In this document: positions 44,226-55,440 of the stretch, piece by piece
Numbering within the stretch: the stretch's first letter is position 1
Layout of the letters: each line of letters opens with the position of its first letter
Assembly: GCA_964438455.1 (NCBI GenBank)
Contig: CAYTLI010000001.1
Span: 1,392-65,391, forward strand
DNA length: 64,000 nt
DNA from: an uncultured Pseudohongiella sp.
GTDB lineage: Bacteria > Pseudomonadota > Gammaproteobacteria > Pseudomonadales > Pseudohongiellaceae
Reading direction: 5' to 3'
Translations under genes and position numbers: made by a program
Notes under the pieces: model-generated
The model's input: only the letters and a program-made list of their open reading frames with translations
The model's database searches: none
What the model was told of the DNA's origin: nothing

Positions 44226-44834
44226 ATGACCACTTCAGCAGACCGTAAGGCCCGGCATAAAAAGGCGATGCAGCGCAAGAAAGAGCACATCGACAAGAAG
44301 GTTGAGCAGGCAAGCATCGATAAAGGGCTATTAGTGGTGCTTACCGGTAATGGCAAGGGCAAGAGTTCTTCTGCCTTCGGCATGCTGGCGCGCAGTGTCG
44401 GCCACGGCCTGCATTGTGCCGTAGTCCAGTTCATCAAGGGCGTGTGGGAAACCGGCGAACACCTGCTGTTCAGGGATCACCCTCTGGTCGAATTTCATGT
44501 CATGGCGACCGGGTTCACCTGGGAGACCCAGGACCGGGACAAAGACATCGCCGCCGCAGCCGCCACCTGGGCGGAAGCGAAGCGACTCCTGGCTGATGAG
44601 AATATCGATGTGGTGATTCTGGACGAGCTGACCTACATGCTGACCTACGGATACCTGGACAAACAGGAAGTGCTGGACGCCCTGGCCAATCGCCCGACTG
44701 CACAACACGTGATTGTCACCGGTCGTAATGCTGCCAGGGAGTTAATCGAAATGGCTGATACGGTTGCGGAGCTGGAAAGTGTCAAACACGCGTTTGACAG
44801 TGGCATCAAGGTACAGAAAGGAATCGATTACTAG
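44226..44834 (+). CDS. cobO: Cob(I)yrinic acid a,c-diamide adenosyltransferase
   Basis: 202 aa. ...LLVVLTGNGKGKSSSAFGMLARSVGHGLHCAVVQFIKGVWETGE... and ...VVILDELTYML... are canonical CobO/BtuR. Confidence 0.9.
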   Translation: MTTSADRKARHKKAMQRKKEHIDKKVEQASIDKGLLVVLTGNGKGKSSSAFGMLARSVGHGLHCAVVQFIKGVWETGEHLLFRDHPLVEFHVMATGFTWETQDRDKDIAAAAATWAEAKRLLADENIDVVILDELTYMLTYGYLDKQEVLDALANRPTAQHVIVTGRNAARELIEMADTVAELESVKHAFDSGIKVQKGIDY

Positions 44835-44837
44835 CCG

Positions 44838-45524
44838 TTAGAAACTGGCGCCATGCTCGGCACCATTATGGAAAACCAGGGATGCATGAAGCTTCCTGTG
44901 CTTGCCATCCCCCTCTTCCTGCCCTGCATCCTCAACTTCGAGCTGAACACGGCTATAACAGGCGAATGGAATATGCAGCGGAAAACTTCGGTTCGCCGGC
45001 ATGCCAAGTACATGAGGTAGTACTACACGGAGCACACCACCATGGGTTACCACCAGCAGGTGCGAGCCATGGTCAAATTCCGCCAGCCTGTTCCATGCCG
45101 ACAACACGCGATCACGAAACTGTATAAAGGATTCACCATTGGGTGGAGCCAATGCGGTAATGTCTTCTCTGAATGCCCTGAACTGATCGGCAGCCACCTT
45201 GCGCCACTCTGCAGCAGGCATGCCATCCCAGTCGCCGTAGTCAATCTCCTGCCAGTCATCGATGATCGCTGCCGATAGTCCGGCGCTGGCAGCGGAACGC
45301 TCTGCAAACTCACGGCAGCGCAGTAGTGGCGAGGTGATGATATGTGTCCACGCGGGAGTGCCAGGCGAAGGAGTGTGTTGTTCATCCAGTGCAGCAGCGT
45401 TTCGCATCTGTTGCCAACCAGTTTGAGTAAGGACTGGATTGACCCGGCCGCGCACGATGTCCCCGCCCTCGGGTTCCCCGTGACGAATCAAATCGATGGT
45501 GATGCTTTTTTTGTCTGTAGCCAA
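44838..45524 (-). CDS. cobC: Histidine-phosphatase-family protein, probable alpha-ribazole phosphatase
   Basis: 228 aa with a TTG start. ...IDLIRHGEPEGG... (RHG motif) and ...LLVVTHGGVLR... are present. Its B12 context, convergent with cobO, supports the call. Confidence 0.55.
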   Translation of the reverse strand: MATDKKSITIDLIRHGEPEGGDIVRGRVNPVLTQTGWQQMRNAAALDEQHTPSPGTPAWTHIITSPLLRCREFAERSAASAGLSAAIIDDWQEIDYGDWDGMPAAEWRKVAADQFRAFREDITALAPPNGESFIQFRDRVLSAWNRLAEFDHGSHLLVVTHGGVLRVVLPHVLGMPANRSFPLHIPFACYSRVQLEVEDAGQEEGDGKHRKLHASLVFHNGAEHGASF

Positions 45525-45560
45525 TCCTTGTCAACCATGCCAGTGGCGTTGATGCACGGA

Positions 45561-46145
45561 TTATTTCAAATGGCCCAGCTTGTCGAACTTCGCAGCCAGG
45601 TAACTTTCGTTATGGGGGTTGGCCTGGGTGTGCATGGGAACGATTTCCGTGACTTCGATTCCCATCGCCTGCAAGGCATCAACCTTGCGCGGGTTGTTGG
45701 TCATCAGGCGCAGCTTCTGCACATGAAAATGGGCAAGGATGGGCTTGCAGATATCGTACTGGCGGCTGTCCGGTTCGAAACCAAGCTGCACGTTCGCTTC
45801 TACGGTGTCCGCACCGGAATCCTGGAGTGCATAAGCCTTGATCTTGTTCAACAGGCCAATGCCGCGACCTTCCTGGCGCAGGTAAAGAATGAGACCGCGA
45901 CCCTCTTTGGCGATTTTTTCCATCGCTAGCTGGAGCTGGGTGCCGCAATCACAGCGCAGGCTGAACAGGCAATCTCCGGTCAGGCACTCAGAATGAATCC
46001 GGCACAGGGGCGCTTCACCATCCTGAAGATCACCAACGGTGAGAGCCACATGCTCCTTGCCGGTGGCCGATTCCGCAAAGCCGTGTATGGTGAACTCACC
46101 CCACTTGGTGGGCAGGGTAGCCGATGCGACATATTCTACTGACAC
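45561..46145 (-). CDS. ribA: GTP cyclohydrolase II
   Basis: 194 aa with a GTG start. The zinc triad is intact in ...[20 protein letters not shown]..., and ...[11 protein letters not shown]... is present. Confidence 0.9.
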   Translation of the reverse strand: MSVEYVASATLPTKWGEFTIHGFAESATGKEHVALTVGDLQDGEAPLCRIHSECLTGDCLFSLRCDCGTQLQLAMEKIAKEGRGLILYLRQEGRGIGLLNKIKAYALQDSGADTVEANVQLGFEPDSRQYDICKPILAHFHVQKLRLMTNNPRKVDALQAMGIEVTEIVPMHTQANPHNESYLAAKFDKLGHLK

Positions 46146-46160
46146 TAAATCCTCGATGCG

Positions 46161-46637
46161 CTAATTCATCAATACCAGGGCGGCCTGGATGATCAGGGCG
46201 GCCATTATACCTGCTAATACGTCGTCCAGCATGATGCCCAGGCCCCCTTCTACTTTCTTGTCTGCCCAGTTGATGGGCCAGGGCTTGAGAATGTCCAGCA
46301 GACGAAACAGGAGAAAGGCGCAAGCGATCCAGACAAGGCTGGCCGGCACCAGGAACAGCGCGATCCACATACCGACGAATTCATCCCAGACTATGCCACC
46401 GTGATCATGAACGCCCAGATCCTCGGCGGTGCGCCCGCAGATCCATATCCCGGCAATCAGGGCGAGCAGGACCACGGCCAGATAAAACCAGTTAGACAGG
46501 TGAATGATCAACAGATAGGGCAGCAGGGCCACCAGGCTGCCTGCCGTACCCGGCCCCTTGGGAGAAAACCCGGCCCCAAAGCCGAAGGCCAGCCAGTGCA
46601 GGGCATTGGTCTTGCTGAATCCGGCCGGAATGCTCAT
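46161..46637 (-). CDS. pgpA: Phosphatidylglycerophosphatase A
   Basis: 158 aa containing ...GFGAGFSPKGPGTAGSL... and ...LLDILKPWPI.... It has an ATGA overlap with thiL. Confidence 0.85.
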   Translation of the reverse strand: MSIPAGFSKTNALHWLAFGFGAGFSPKGPGTAGSLVALLPYLLIIHLSNWFYLAVVLLALIAGIWICGRTAEDLGVHDHGGIVWDEFVGMWIALFLVPASLVWIACAFLLFRLLDILKPWPINWADKKVEGGLGIMLDDVLAGIMAALIIQAALVLMN

Positions 46638-47656
46638 GAGTCCTGTCCTGCTTTGAAATGATCAAAAGAAAGCGCGGCGCCATCCTGTTGATTCCCTGCA
46701 GCATCGACGAGTCGCAAGCCTGGTTCTGCTTCGATCTCACCAATGTCGGTCAGTGCCAGACTATGTTGCTCAGCGATGGCATGGACATCTGGCAGGTTTT
46801 CCGCTGCAACTGTCAGGCACAGCTCGTAGTCATCACCCCCGTACAAGGCTGCCGACTGCCGTTGTTGGCGCTCGACATAATCCGCGAACAATGAATCCAG
46901 GGGAAGCTTCTCCATGTAAACTCTCGCTCCCACCCTGCTTCTGTCTAATATGTGCTGCAGATCTCCGGCCAGGCCATCGGAAATATCAAGCGCCGCATTG
47001 ATCAGCGGAGCTGCCTGCCGGGCAAAACCAAGCCGTGGCTGTGGGCTGTAGAAGTATTGCTGCAGCTTCTCATTCTCTGAGCTGCCAAGAGTCGCCAGCT
47101 GCTCATGCAGGGAGTGATCGAAATGCACTGGCACACCAAGGGCTGCCAATGCCAACGCACCTTTGCCAAGAGATCCGGTAACCAGTAAATGATCGCCAAC
47201 ATTGGCGCCATCCCTGCGCAGGGCTTGGCCGGATTTGACCAGGCCATGCACCTGAATGGAAATAGTCAACGAACCACGGGTGGTGTCGCCACCAACAAGC
47301 GGGCAATGATACTGCTGCGCGATATTGGACAGGCCTTTGCTAAACGCAGTCAGCCAGTGCTCATCGTACCCGGGCAATGCGATGCCAAGAGTAAAGCAAA
47401 GCGGCTCGGCACCCATGGCGGCGAGGTCACTCAAATTTACTGCCAGTGCCCGTTGGCCAAGCAGGAAGGGATCCGCCGCTGCTGGAAAATGTATCGATTC
47501 AAGCAACAAATCTGTACTGATGCATTGCTGGTAACCAGTGGGAGTGTCGAGAACAGCGCCGTCGTCTCCGATTCCCAGGACAATATGCATTTGCTCATCC
47601 TGAAGGTCGAGTGCGGAAAAATAGCGCTCGATTATTTCAAACTCAGAGATGGCCAT
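46634..47656 (-). CDS. thiL: Thiamine-monophosphate kinase
   Basis: 340 aa containing ...LGIGDDGAVL..., ...AVNLSDLAAMGA... and ...GGDT.RG.... Confidence 0.85.
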   Translation of the reverse strand: MAISEFEIIERYFSALDLQDEQMHIVLGIGDDGAVLDTPTGYQQCISTDLLLESIHFPAAADPFLLGQRALAVNLSDLAAMGAEPLCFTLGIALPGYDEHWLTAFSKGLSNIAQQYHCPLVGGDTTRGSLTISIQVHGLVKSGQALRRDGANVGDHLLVTGSLGKGALALAALGVPVHFDHSLHEQLATLGSSENEKLQQYFYSPQPRLGFARQAAPLINAALDISDGLAGDLQHILDRSRVGARVYMEKLPLDSLFADYVERQQRQSAALYGGDDYELCLTVAAENLPDVHAIAEQHSLALTDIGEIEAEPGLRLVDAAGNQQDGAALSFDHFKAGQDS

Positions 47657-47683
47657 GAGGTCTGCGCGCTCTGAACGGGATTC

Positions 47684-48124
47684 TCAGGATCGCTGGCCAT
47701 GCTCCGCTGCGCGCAGAGCTGGCACTAGTTTATCCAGAACCCCATTAATGTATTTATGACTGTCAGTCGCACCGTAAGACTTGGCCAGCTCAACACATTC
47801 ATTGATAACCACGCGATATGGCACATCAATGCGCTCTGACAACTCAAAGGTACCGAGCAACAGTATGGCTTGCTCCACCGGATCGAGCGCTTCGGCTTTT
47901 CTGTCGAGATGGGTTTCGAGCTCTGACATCAAGGATTCACGTCGCTTGGTGATTTCCGGAAACAGCGCATCAAAATACTCCCAGTCAACGCGTTTGCCGT
48001 TGTCTTCATGAAATTGCTGATTGATCTCCGACGGGTCTGAACCGGACATCAGCCATTGATAGAGCGCCTGCATGACAAGCTGCCGCGCCATACGACGTTG
48101 TGCTAAGGGAATTTGCCTGGCCAT
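47684..48124 (-). CDS. nusB: Transcription antitermination factor NusB
   Basis: 146 aa. ...RRMARQLVMQALYQW... and ...VVINECVELAKSYG... are canonical. Confidence 0.9.
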   Translation of the reverse strand: MARQIPLAQRRMARQLVMQALYQWLMSGSDPSEINQQFHEDNGKRVDWEYFDALFPEITKRRESLMSELETHLDRKAEALDPVEQAILLLGTFELSERIDVPYRVVINECVELAKSYGATDSHKYINGVLDKLVPALRAAEHGQRS

Positions 48125-48159
48125 GAAGAAGCCTGAATTAAAGCTGGTGGAAGCTCGCG

Positions 48160-48636
48160 CTAGTTTTCTAACTGGCGAGACAGACTGACCATTTCGATGG
48201 CGGTCAGGGCCGCCTCGGCACCTTTGTTACCGGCCTTGGTGCCCGCTCTCTCGATCGCCTGCTCAATGGTGTCGACGGTGAGCACACCGAAAGCAACTGG
48301 TATGCCCGAGCTGAGACTCACCTGGCTCATACCCTTGACGCACTCGCCGGCCACATATTCAAAATGTGGTGTACCACCACGAATGACCGCACCCAGGGAA
48401 ATAATGGCATCAAAATTTTCCTGCGTGGCCATCTTCTGTACGGCAAGAGGCAATTCGTAAGCGCCGGGAACTTTCACGATGGTGATGTCCTTGTCCTGCA
48501 CACCATGCTTGCGCAGTGCATCCAGCGCACCATCGAGCAATCTGTCCACGATGAAACTGTTGAATCGGGCAACCGCAATGCCATATCTGGCGCTGCCATT
48601 CTGGTAATTGCCTTCTATTGTCTTGATTGTGCTCAT
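48160..48636 (-). CDS. ribH: 6,7-dimethyl-8-ribityllumazine synthase
   Basis: 158 aa containing ...[14 protein letters not shown]..., ...VPGAYELP... and ...GVLT.... Confidence 0.9.
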   Translation of the reverse strand: MSTIKTIEGNYQNGSARYGIAVARFNSFIVDRLLDGALDALRKHGVQDKDITIVKVPGAYELPLAVQKMATQENFDAIISLGAVIRGGTPHFEYVAGECVKGMSQVSLSSGIPVAFGVLTVDTIEQAIERAGTKAGNKGAEAALTAIEMVSLSRQLEN

Positions 48637-48658
48637 TGCTCTGCCTTCGCTGCCTTGC

Positions 48659-49771
48659 TCATTTTTTAAACTGCACGAAGTCGACGACTTCCAGATCGAA
48701 ACCCGAGATCGCGTTGAAGCGCGCCGGATAACTCAACAGGCGCATCTTACCGACACCCAGGTCTCTGAGTATTTGCGATCCTGTTCCAATGGTCAAATCG
48801 CTGCCACCACGGGAGCTCTGCGCCAACTCAGCCCCTTCAGCCATCGCCGAAGCCAGGTTATGGGCGAGATCATGACCATAATCCTCACCGGACAACAGGA
48901 CAGCGACACCATTGCCCTCTTTCGCGATGTACTCCAGCGCATCGCTGAAAGACCAACTGGTGCGTTCTGCATTGTATACCTCACAGATATCGCGCAGCGC
49001 GTTGGGTATGTGCACCCTGACCAGCGTCGGTTCTTCCGCTTTGATTTTTCCCTTGACGAAAGCGAGGTGCAGGCTACCACTTATCGAATCTTGATAGCTG
49101 TGCACAGTAAATTGTCCGAACGCGGTCTCCAGCTCATTTGTTTCCTGAAGCTGTACTGTGTGCTCATTGGCAATGCGATAGTGAATCAGATCGACGATAG
49201 TGCCGATCTTGAGCTCGTGCTTCTGCGCAAAGACTTCCAGGTCTTCCCTTCGTGCCATTGATCCATCTTCATTCATAACCTCGACGATAGCGGCCGCTGG
49301 CTGATAACCAGCAAGCCGGGCGAGGTCACAACCCGCTTCCGTGTGTCCGGCACGGCGCAACACGCCGCCGGGCTGAGCCATGATCGGAAAGATGTGTCCA
49401 GGCTGGACGATGTCTTCAGGCTGCGCATCCCTTGCTACTGCCACCTGTATGGTGCGGGCCCTGTCGGCAGCCGAGATGCCAGTGGTGACACCAGTTGCCG
49501 CTTCGATACTGACCGTAAAATTGGTGTTATAGGGCGTGTTGTTCTCATTCACCATCAACGGTAATTTAAGATGACGACAATGATCCGGTGTCAGGGTCAG
49601 GCAGATCAGTCCACGGGCATTGGTTGCCATGAAATTTACGTCTTCGGTACGCACACGCTCGGCCGCAATAATGAGATCGCCTTCATTCTCGCGATTTTCA
49701 TCATCCATCAACACTACCATCTTGCCCTGACGGATATCGTCGATGATTTCTTCTATTGAATTGAGTTCCAT
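48659..49771 (-). CDS. ribBA: 3,4-dihydroxy-2-butanone-4-phosphate synthase fused to a degenerate GTP-cyclohydrolase-II-like domain
   Basis: 370 aa. The N-terminal DHBP synthase reads ...[12 protein letters not shown]...RAGHTE.... The C-terminal domain lacks the Cys triad (...[20 protein letters not shown]...). Confidence 0.85.
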   Translation of the reverse strand: MELNSIEEIIDDIRQGKMVVLMDDENRENEGDLIIAAERVRTEDVNFMATNARGLICLTLTPDHCRHLKLPLMVNENNTPYNTNFTVSIEAATGVTTGISAADRARTIQVAVARDAQPEDIVQPGHIFPIMAQPGGVLRRAGHTEAGCDLARLAGYQPAAAIVEVMNEDGSMARREDLEVFAQKHELKIGTIVDLIHYRIANEHTVQLQETNELETAFGQFTVHSYQDSISGSLHLAFVKGKIKAEEPTLVRVHIPNALRDICEVYNAERTSWSFSDALEYIAKEGNGVAVLLSGEDYGHDLAHNLASAMAEGAELAQSSRGGSDLTIGTGSQILRDLGVGKMRLLSYPARFNAISGFDLEVVDFVQFKK

Positions 49772-49774
49772 TGC

Positions 49775-50431
49775 TTAATGCTTACCTGTCTCCATGAAGC
49801 CATGCTCGTGGAGAAAATCTCTGTCTACCTGCGATTGTTGTTCACTCACCTGTAATCTTTCCAGATAGCGGGCAATCAAATCGACCTCAAGGTTTACCCG
49901 CTGACCCACACTATATGCACCGATGATGGTTTCCTGTTGTGTGTGGGGAATTACATTGATCGTGAACAAATTGTCCATGACTGAATTCACCGTCAGACTG
50001 GTTCCATCGATAGTAATCGAGCCTTTAGCGGCGATGTATCTCTTAAGTTCCGCAGGGGCGGAGAATTCTAACTTCAGACTATCGCCGTCAGCTTTCATTA
50101 CCACCAACTCACCGACGCCATCCACATGACCACTGACGATATGTCCGCCGAATCTATCGCTGGCCAGCATGGCCTTTTCCAGATTCACTTTTGATCCGTT
50201 CTGCAGGCTGCCAATTGTCGTACAGCGCAATGTCTCGGCAGAGACATCCGCTTTGAACCAGTCACTGCCCATCTCGACAACTGTCAGGCAACAGCCGTTC
50301 ACAGCGATGCTGTCACCCAGCACAGTATCATCGAGAGGCAGTTTGCCGCAGTCGATCTGCAACACCGCATCTTTGCCCTTGAGCTGCACATCGGTAACCG
50401 TACCAATGGCAGCAATGATTCCAGTAAACAT
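49775..50431 (-). CDS. ribE: Riboflavin synthase
   Basis: 218 aa beginning MFTGII.... It shows the duplicated barrel ...SIAVNGCCLTV... and ...ITIDGTSLTV.... Confidence 0.9.
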   Translation of the reverse strand: MFTGIIAAIGTVTDVQLKGKDAVLQIDCGKLPLDDTVLGDSIAVNGCCLTVVEMGSDWFKADVSAETLRCTTIGSLQNGSKVNLEKAMLASDRFGGHIVSGHVDGVGELVVMKADGDSLKLEFSAPAELKRYIAAKGSITIDGTSLTVNSVMDNLFTINVIPHTQQETIIGAYSVGQRVNLEVDLIARYLERLQVSEQQSQVDRDFLHEHGFMETGKH

Positions 50432-50441
50432 TGAACGTCCG

Positions 50442-51599
50442 TCAGGAAATAGAACTCAGTACGACTTTGATATCACTGCCGACTTTATCTACAGAACTGA
50501 TTGCAAAGTCATAAGTACTGGCAAGCGAATCGATCCCCTGCACCTGCAGCAGTGGCCTGGCATCGGCGCCAAAAATTCTGGGCGCAATATAGACAACCAG
50601 TTCATCGACTAAGCCTGCCTGCAGGAAGGCACCACAAAGTGTGGGACCTGCCTCCACTAACACGTCAGTGCATTCGTAGTCAGCGGCCAGCGATTCTAGC
50701 ATAGATAGCAAATCGACACTTTGGCCTTCGTTCTGCTGCCTGATTTCCACATGATTCAGGCGGTCTTTATCTGCTGCGCTGCACGGCTTGCTGGTGTAGA
50801 CAACTGCCTCGCCCGGACCGTCGAAAACACGCGCATTTGCGGCTACTCGCAGGTCACTGTCCAGCACAACCCGCATCGGCTGTCGGTCGAGGCAGGCTTG
50901 ATTGCTTATCAGCTGGGTTTCACTCAGGCCCAGCTCTTCCGCGCGCACATTGAGTTGGGGGTCGTCTGCTTCAATGGTGCCAATGCCAGTGACAATGGCG
51001 CTGCTGATGGCGCGCAAACGCTGCACATCTTCCCGCGCAGACGCTGCCGTTATCCACTTACTCTCTCCATTGGCCAATGCAGTTCGACCATCGAGGCTCA
51101 TAGCAAGCTTCATACGTACTCTCGGCCTTCCCGTTTGCCAGCGCTGCACAAACCCCCTGTTCAATTCCTGCGTTGCTGCCTCGAAGTCCAGAAGATGGAA
51201 TACTTCGATACCCGCCGCCTCCAGTCTTGCCACGCCCTTGCCCGCTACCTTGGGATTTGGATCGACCATCGCGATTACGACACACTGGATTCCCGCGTCG
51301 ATAAGTGCCTCGGTACAGGGCCCGGTCTTGCCCTGATGATTACAGGGTTCCAGCGTGACAAAGGCGGTGCCCCCCGAACAGTCCTGCGCTGCCTGGAGTG
51401 CCATTACTTCAGCGTGGGCTTGTCCGGCCGCCTGATGCCAGCCTTCTGCAATGACCTCCCGGTCGCGAATGATTACACAGCCCACACGGGGATTGGGCGT
51501 AGCCGTCATCACATTGGCCGCAAGGTCCACGGCGCGCTGCATATGAACTGGCCAGTCAATAACCGAAGAATCAAGCTCGTTGTTGTGCAATGATTTCAT
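50442..51599 (-). CDS. ribD: Bifunctional riboflavin biosynthesis deaminase/reductase
   Basis: 385 aa. The deaminase site ...HAEVMAL...TLEPCNHQGKTGPC... is followed by a reductase domain. Confidence 0.9.
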   Translation of the reverse strand: MKSLHNNELDSSVIDWPVHMQRAVDLAANVMTATPNPRVGCVIIRDREVIAEGWHQAAGQAHAEVMALQAAQDCSGGTAFVTLEPCNHQGKTGPCTEALIDAGIQCVVIAMVDPNPKVAGKGVARLEAAGIEVFHLLDFEAATQELNRGFVQRWQTGRPRVRMKLAMSLDGRTALANGESKWITAASAREDVQRLRAISSAIVTGIGTIEADDPQLNVRAEELGLSETQLISNQACLDRQPMRVVLDSDLRVAANARVFDGPGEAVVYTSKPCSAADKDRLNHVEIRQQNEGQSVDLLSMLESLAADYECTDVLVEAGPTLCGAFLQAGLVDELVVYIAPRIFGADARPLLQVQGIDSLASTYDFAISSVDKVGSDIKVVLSSIS

Positions 51600-51725
51600 G
51601 AGTTATCAATAAGGGTAGTCTGACGGACAGAAGAAGTGAGTTCGCCGGCCTGCTCGATGGGCCGGAGCGTGATGATAGCAGACCTGCTATGGCAATGGGA
51701 CCAAGGGCCGTATTAGGTGGCGGCC

Positions 51726-52187
51726 TTATTTCTCGTTGTCTTTGGACAGACGGTCGATTTCCTGGCGGAATTCGTTAAGGTCTTTGAATGATCGATACAC
51801 CGAAGCGAAGCGGACGAAGGCTACTTCATCCAGGTCACGCAACTCTTTCATGACCTGCTCACCCACATCACGCGACGGCACTTCCCGTTCACCTGTGGAA
51901 CGCAAAGTTGCCTTGATTCGATTCACTGCCTCTTCTACTTTCTCTATGCCTACGGGTCGCTTCTCCAGCGCCTTGTGCAGGCCAGCAATGAGTTTGTCTT
52001 CATTGAATGGTTCGCGAATTCCGTTCTGCTTGATGATGCGAGGCATCACCAGTTCTGCTGATTCGTAAGTAGTAAATCTTTCCTCGCAGGTTATACATTC
52101 GCGTCGACGACGCACATGGTTTCCTTCCGAGACCAATCTGGAATCGATTACCTTGGTATCAATGGCTCCACAAAACGGACAGTGCAT
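51726..52187 (-). CDS. nrdR: Transcriptional repressor NrdR
   Basis: 153 aa. It begins with the zinc ribbon MHCPFCG...RRRRECITC, followed by an ATP-cone. Confidence 0.9.
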   Translation of the reverse strand: MHCPFCGAIDTKVIDSRLVSEGNHVRRRRECITCEERFTTYESAELVMPRIIKQNGIREPFNEDKLIAGLHKALEKRPVGIEKVEEAVNRIKATLRSTGEREVPSRDVGEQVMKELRDLDEVAFVRFASVYRSFKDLNEFRQEIDRLSKDNEK

Positions 52188-52220
52188 ATTGGTTCCGCTA
52201 CAACTTATTCTGGTTTTTGT

Positions 52221-53477
52221 TTATGACTGATAGACAGGATGTTTGGCACACAGCGCCAGGACACTCTGCTTCACTTCTTCGATCTTCGCCTCGTTGCCAA
52301 GGTCGTCAAGCACATCACACATCCAGTTCGACAGGGTGCTGCAATCTTCTTCTACGAAGCCGCGAGTTGTGACTGCTGGGGTACCAATGCGCAAGCCGCT
52401 GGTAACGAACGGTGGATTCGGATCATTGGGAACGGCGTTCTTGTTGACCGTGATGTTGGCGCGATCCAGCGCGGCGTCGGCGTCTTTCCCGGTGATGCCC
52501 TGCCGGATCAGGCTAAGCAAGAACAGGTGATCATCGGTTCCGTTCGATACCACATCATAGCCACGATCGATAAACGTCTGCGCCATGACCTTCGCGTTCT
52601 TTACCACTTGTTGCTGGTAGGTTTTAAAGTCTTCGCTCATCGCTTCCTTGAAACAAACCGCCTTGGCTGCGATGACATGCATCAGCGGCCCGCCCTGGCT
52701 CTCCGGGAAAACGGCAAAATTCAGTTTCTTCTCCAGCTCTTCATTGGCGCGCGCCAGGATGATTCCCCCGCGGGGGCCGCGCAGCGTCTTGTGTGTGGTC
52801 GATGTAGTCACATCGGCAATATTGACCGGGCTCGGGTACACACCCGCTGCGATCAATCCGGACACATGGGCCATGTCGACGACGAAGTAGGCACCCACGG
52901 CATCGGCTATGTCGCGGAAACGCTGCCAGTCGATGACCCGGGAGTAAGCGGAAAATCCCGCCATGATGATGCGTGGTTTGTGCTCCTGGGCCAGGGCTTC
53001 CACCTGCGCATAGTCGATCTCGCCAGTTTCACTGTTGAGCCCATACTGCACCGCATTATAGATACGCCCGGAGAAGCTCACGCTGGCACCATGAGTCAGG
53101 TGACCACCATCGGCAAGGCTCATACCGAGCACCGTGTCTCCGGGTTTAGCCAGTGCCATGTAGACTGCCGCATTGGCCTGAGACCCGGAATGTGGCTGCA
53201 CATTGGCATAGTCAGCCTGAAACAACTCTTTCGCCCGGGCGATGGCTATCTCTTCCACCGTGTCCACGTTTTCGCAGCCGCCGTAGTAGCGCTTGCGCGG
53301 ATAGCCCTCTGCATACTTGTTGGTCAGCACCGAACCCTGCGCCTCCATGACGAATGGGCTGGTGTGATTCTCTGAAGCAATCAGCTCGATGTGCTCTTCC
53401 TGCCGCTTCTTTTCTGCTTCTATTGCTGCGCTGATCTCGGGATCAAATTCAGAAAGGCTGGAATCGGTTTTAAACAT
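52221..53477 (-). CDS. glyA: Serine hydroxymethyltransferase
   Basis: 418 aa containing ...ELIASEN..., ...GGHLTHG... and ...[12 protein letters not shown].... Confidence 0.95.
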   Translation of the reverse strand: MFKTDSSLSEFDPEISAAIEAEKKRQEEHIELIASENHTSPFVMEAQGSVLTNKYAEGYPRKRYYGGCENVDTVEEIAIARAKELFQADYANVQPHSGSQANAAVYMALAKPGDTVLGMSLADGGHLTHGASVSFSGRIYNAVQYGLNSETGEIDYAQVEALAQEHKPRIIMAGFSAYSRVIDWQRFRDIADAVGAYFVVDMAHVSGLIAAGVYPSPVNIADVTTSTTHKTLRGPRGGIILARANEELEKKLNFAVFPESQGGPLMHVIAAKAVCFKEAMSEDFKTYQQQVVKNAKVMAQTFIDRGYDVVSNGTDDHLFLLSLIRQGITGKDADAALDRANITVNKNAVPNDPNPPFVTSGLRIGTPAVTTRGFVEEDCSTLSNWMCDVLDDLGNEAKIEEVKQSVLALCAKHPVYQS

Positions 53478-53633
53478 CTAGCTCGGGCTCCATGTGTGCG
53501 AGGTTGGCGGATTCAAGGAAGGCGCTATTCTACCTGAAGGATGCAGGATCAGCATCAATATGTTGTGTTCCTCGCCACAAGATATGGTGCCTCCCTGCTC
53601 ACCCCACCCCGCGCCAATCTGACCTCATTTATT

Positions 53634-53675
53634 GGACACCCATTTAAATCTGGCCAGGATTTTAATTGGGTGTCC
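53634..53675. repeat. 14-bp inverted repeat (one mismatch) around an inner CTGGCCAG palindrome
   Basis: The sequence reads GGACACCCATTTAA-(14 nt containing CTGGCCAG)-TTAATTGGGTGTCC. It lies about 80 nt upstream of the ettA ATG, in the glyA/ettA divergent intergenic region. Confidence 0.6.
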
Positions 53676-53752
53676 TTTGCAATAGCACGGGGGGCAAGGG
53701 CTGGGGCGGTGTGCCATAATAGCGCCCACTTTTTATCTGCATCAGGATCCCT

Positions 53753-55420
53753 ATGGCCCAGTTCGTCTACACCATGAATCGCGTTGGCAAGGTAGTACCG
53801 CCCAAGCGAGAAATTCTCAAAGACATCTCCCTGTCCTTTTTCCCCGGCGCCAAGATTGGTGTTCTCGGACTCAACGGTGCGGGCAAATCCACGCTGCTGC
53901 GCATCATGGCCGGCCTGGATACGGAAATTAACGGTGAAGCCAGGCCACAGCCGGGAATCAAGATCGGTTACCTGCCCCAGGAGCCGGAACTGGATGAGAA
54001 CCTCGATGTGCGCGGCAATGTCGAACAGGGGGTGAAGGAGATCATCGACCTGGTGAACCAGTTCAATGAGATCAGCGACAAGTTTGCCGAGCCCATGAGC
54101 GATGATGAGATGAACAAGCTGCTGGAGCAGCAGGGAGAACTGCAGAACAAGATCGACGCGGTGGATGGCTGGCAGATCGAGAGAACACTCGAGGTTGCCG
54201 CGGATGCCCTGCGCCTGCCACCCTGGGAAGCAGAAGTCAGCAAACTGTCCGGTGGTGAACGTCGCCGGGTAGCGCTGTGTCGACTGCTTCTATCCAAGCC
54301 TGACATGTTGCTGCTGGACGAGCCCACCAACCACCTGGACGCCGAGAGCGTCGCCTGGCTCGAACGATTCTTGCAAGAGTACCCAGGAACCGTCGTGGCC
54401 ATTACCCACGACCGCTACTTCCTCGACAATGCCGCCGGCTGGATCCTGGAGCTGGATCGCGGCCATGGCATTCCCTATGAGGGTAACTACAGTGCCTGGC
54501 TGGAGGCGAAAGAAAAGCGCCTGGAGGTTGAAGAGAAACAGGAAGCAGCCCGGGAGCGCACCATCAAGTCAGAACTGGAATGGGTGCGCGCCAATCCGAA
54601 GGGTCGCCAGTCCAAGAGCAAGGCACGTATCGCCCGCTTCGAAGAACTCAACTCGAAAGAATTCCAACAGCGTAACGAGACCCAGGAACTGTACATACCG
54701 CCAGGTGAGCGCCTCGGCGACAAGGTGATCGAGGTGAATCACCTGAGCAAGTCATTCGGCGACAAGGTGTTGATCGACGACCTGAGTTTCTCGGTACCCA
54801 AGGGTAGTATTGTCGGCATCATTGGTGGTAACGGCGCGGGCAAGACCACATTCCTGCGCATGCTGGTCGGTGCCGAGCAGGCGGACGATGGCAGCATCGA
54901 CCTGGGTGAGACTGTCAACCTGGCTTATGTGGATCAGAGTCGCGATGCACTGGAAGGTGAACACACCGTGTGGGAGGAGATCTCCGATGAACAGGACATC
55001 CTGCAGATCGGCAAGTACGAGATATCTTCCCGCGCTTACGCGAGTCGCTTCAATTTTCGCGGCAGCGATCAACAGAAATATGTGAAAGACCTCTCCGGTG
55101 GTGAACGCAATCGCCTGCATATGGCCAAGTTGCTGAAGAAGGGTGGCAATGTCCTGTTGCTCGATGAACCCACCAACGACCTGGACGTGGAAACCTTGCG
55201 TGCGCTGGAAGAAGCACTGCTGGCATTTCCCGGTTGCGCGATCGTTGTTTCACACGATCGCTGGTTCCTGGATCGCATCTGTACCCACATCCTGGCTTTT
55301 GAAGGTGACAGCCAGGTGGTGTGGCACGAAGGCAACTATTCAGACTATGAAGCGGAATACAAGAAGCGGGTCGGCGACAACCAGCCGACGCGAATGAAGT
55401 ATCGCAAACTGGATAGTTAA
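53753..55420 (+). CDS. ettA: Energy-dependent translational throttle ABC-F protein EttA
   Basis: 555 aa beginning [54 protein letters not shown].... It has two ABC domains and no TM region. Confidence 0.9.
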   Translation: MAQFVYTMNRVGKVVPPKREILKDISLSFFPGAKIGVLGLNGAGKSTLLRIMAGLDTEINGEARPQPGIKIGYLPQEPELDENLDVRGNVEQGVKEIIDLVNQFNEISDKFAEPMSDDEMNKLLEQQGELQNKIDAVDGWQIERTLEVAADALRLPPWEAEVSKLSGGERRRVALCRLLLSKPDMLLLDEPTNHLDAESVAWLERFLQEYPGTVVAITHDRYFLDNAAGWILELDRGHGIPYEGNYSAWLEAKEKRLEVEEKQEAARERTIKSELEWVRANPKGRQSKSKARIARFEELNSKEFQQRNETQELYIPPGERLGDKVIEVNHLSKSFGDKVLIDDLSFSVPKGSIVGIIGGNGAGKTTFLRMLVGAEQADDGSIDLGETVNLAYVDQSRDALEGEHTVWEEISDEQDILQIGKYEISSRAYASRFNFRGSDQQKYVKDLSGGERNRLHMAKLLKKGGNVLLLDEPTNDLDVETLRALEEALLAFPGCAIVVSHDRWFLDRICTHILAFEGDSQVVWHEGNYSDYEAEYKKRVGDNQPTRMKYRKLDS

Positions 55421-55440
55421 AACTTAGCGCTGGAAAGAAC

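Noticed and set aside
50721-51593. A 290-aa plus-strand ORF opposite ribD.
   Set aside because: It is antisense to ribD, with no independent support.
51600-51725. A possible FMN riboswitch upstream of ribD.
   Set aside because: Neither strand shows the conserved FMN-element core (GGGTGAAATTCCC-type). Only a short CCGGCC/GGCCGG hairpin without a T-tract is present.
52239-53375. A 378-aa plus-strand ORF opposite glyA.
   Set aside because: It is fully antisense to canonical serine hydroxymethyltransferase, and its composition is typical of a shadow ORF.
53478-53633. A possible ZTP or other riboswitch in the glyA leader.
   Set aside because: I found no CCGCCTGGGC-type pseudoknot element or other riboswitch core by eye. 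A covariance-model scan would be needed to be sure.
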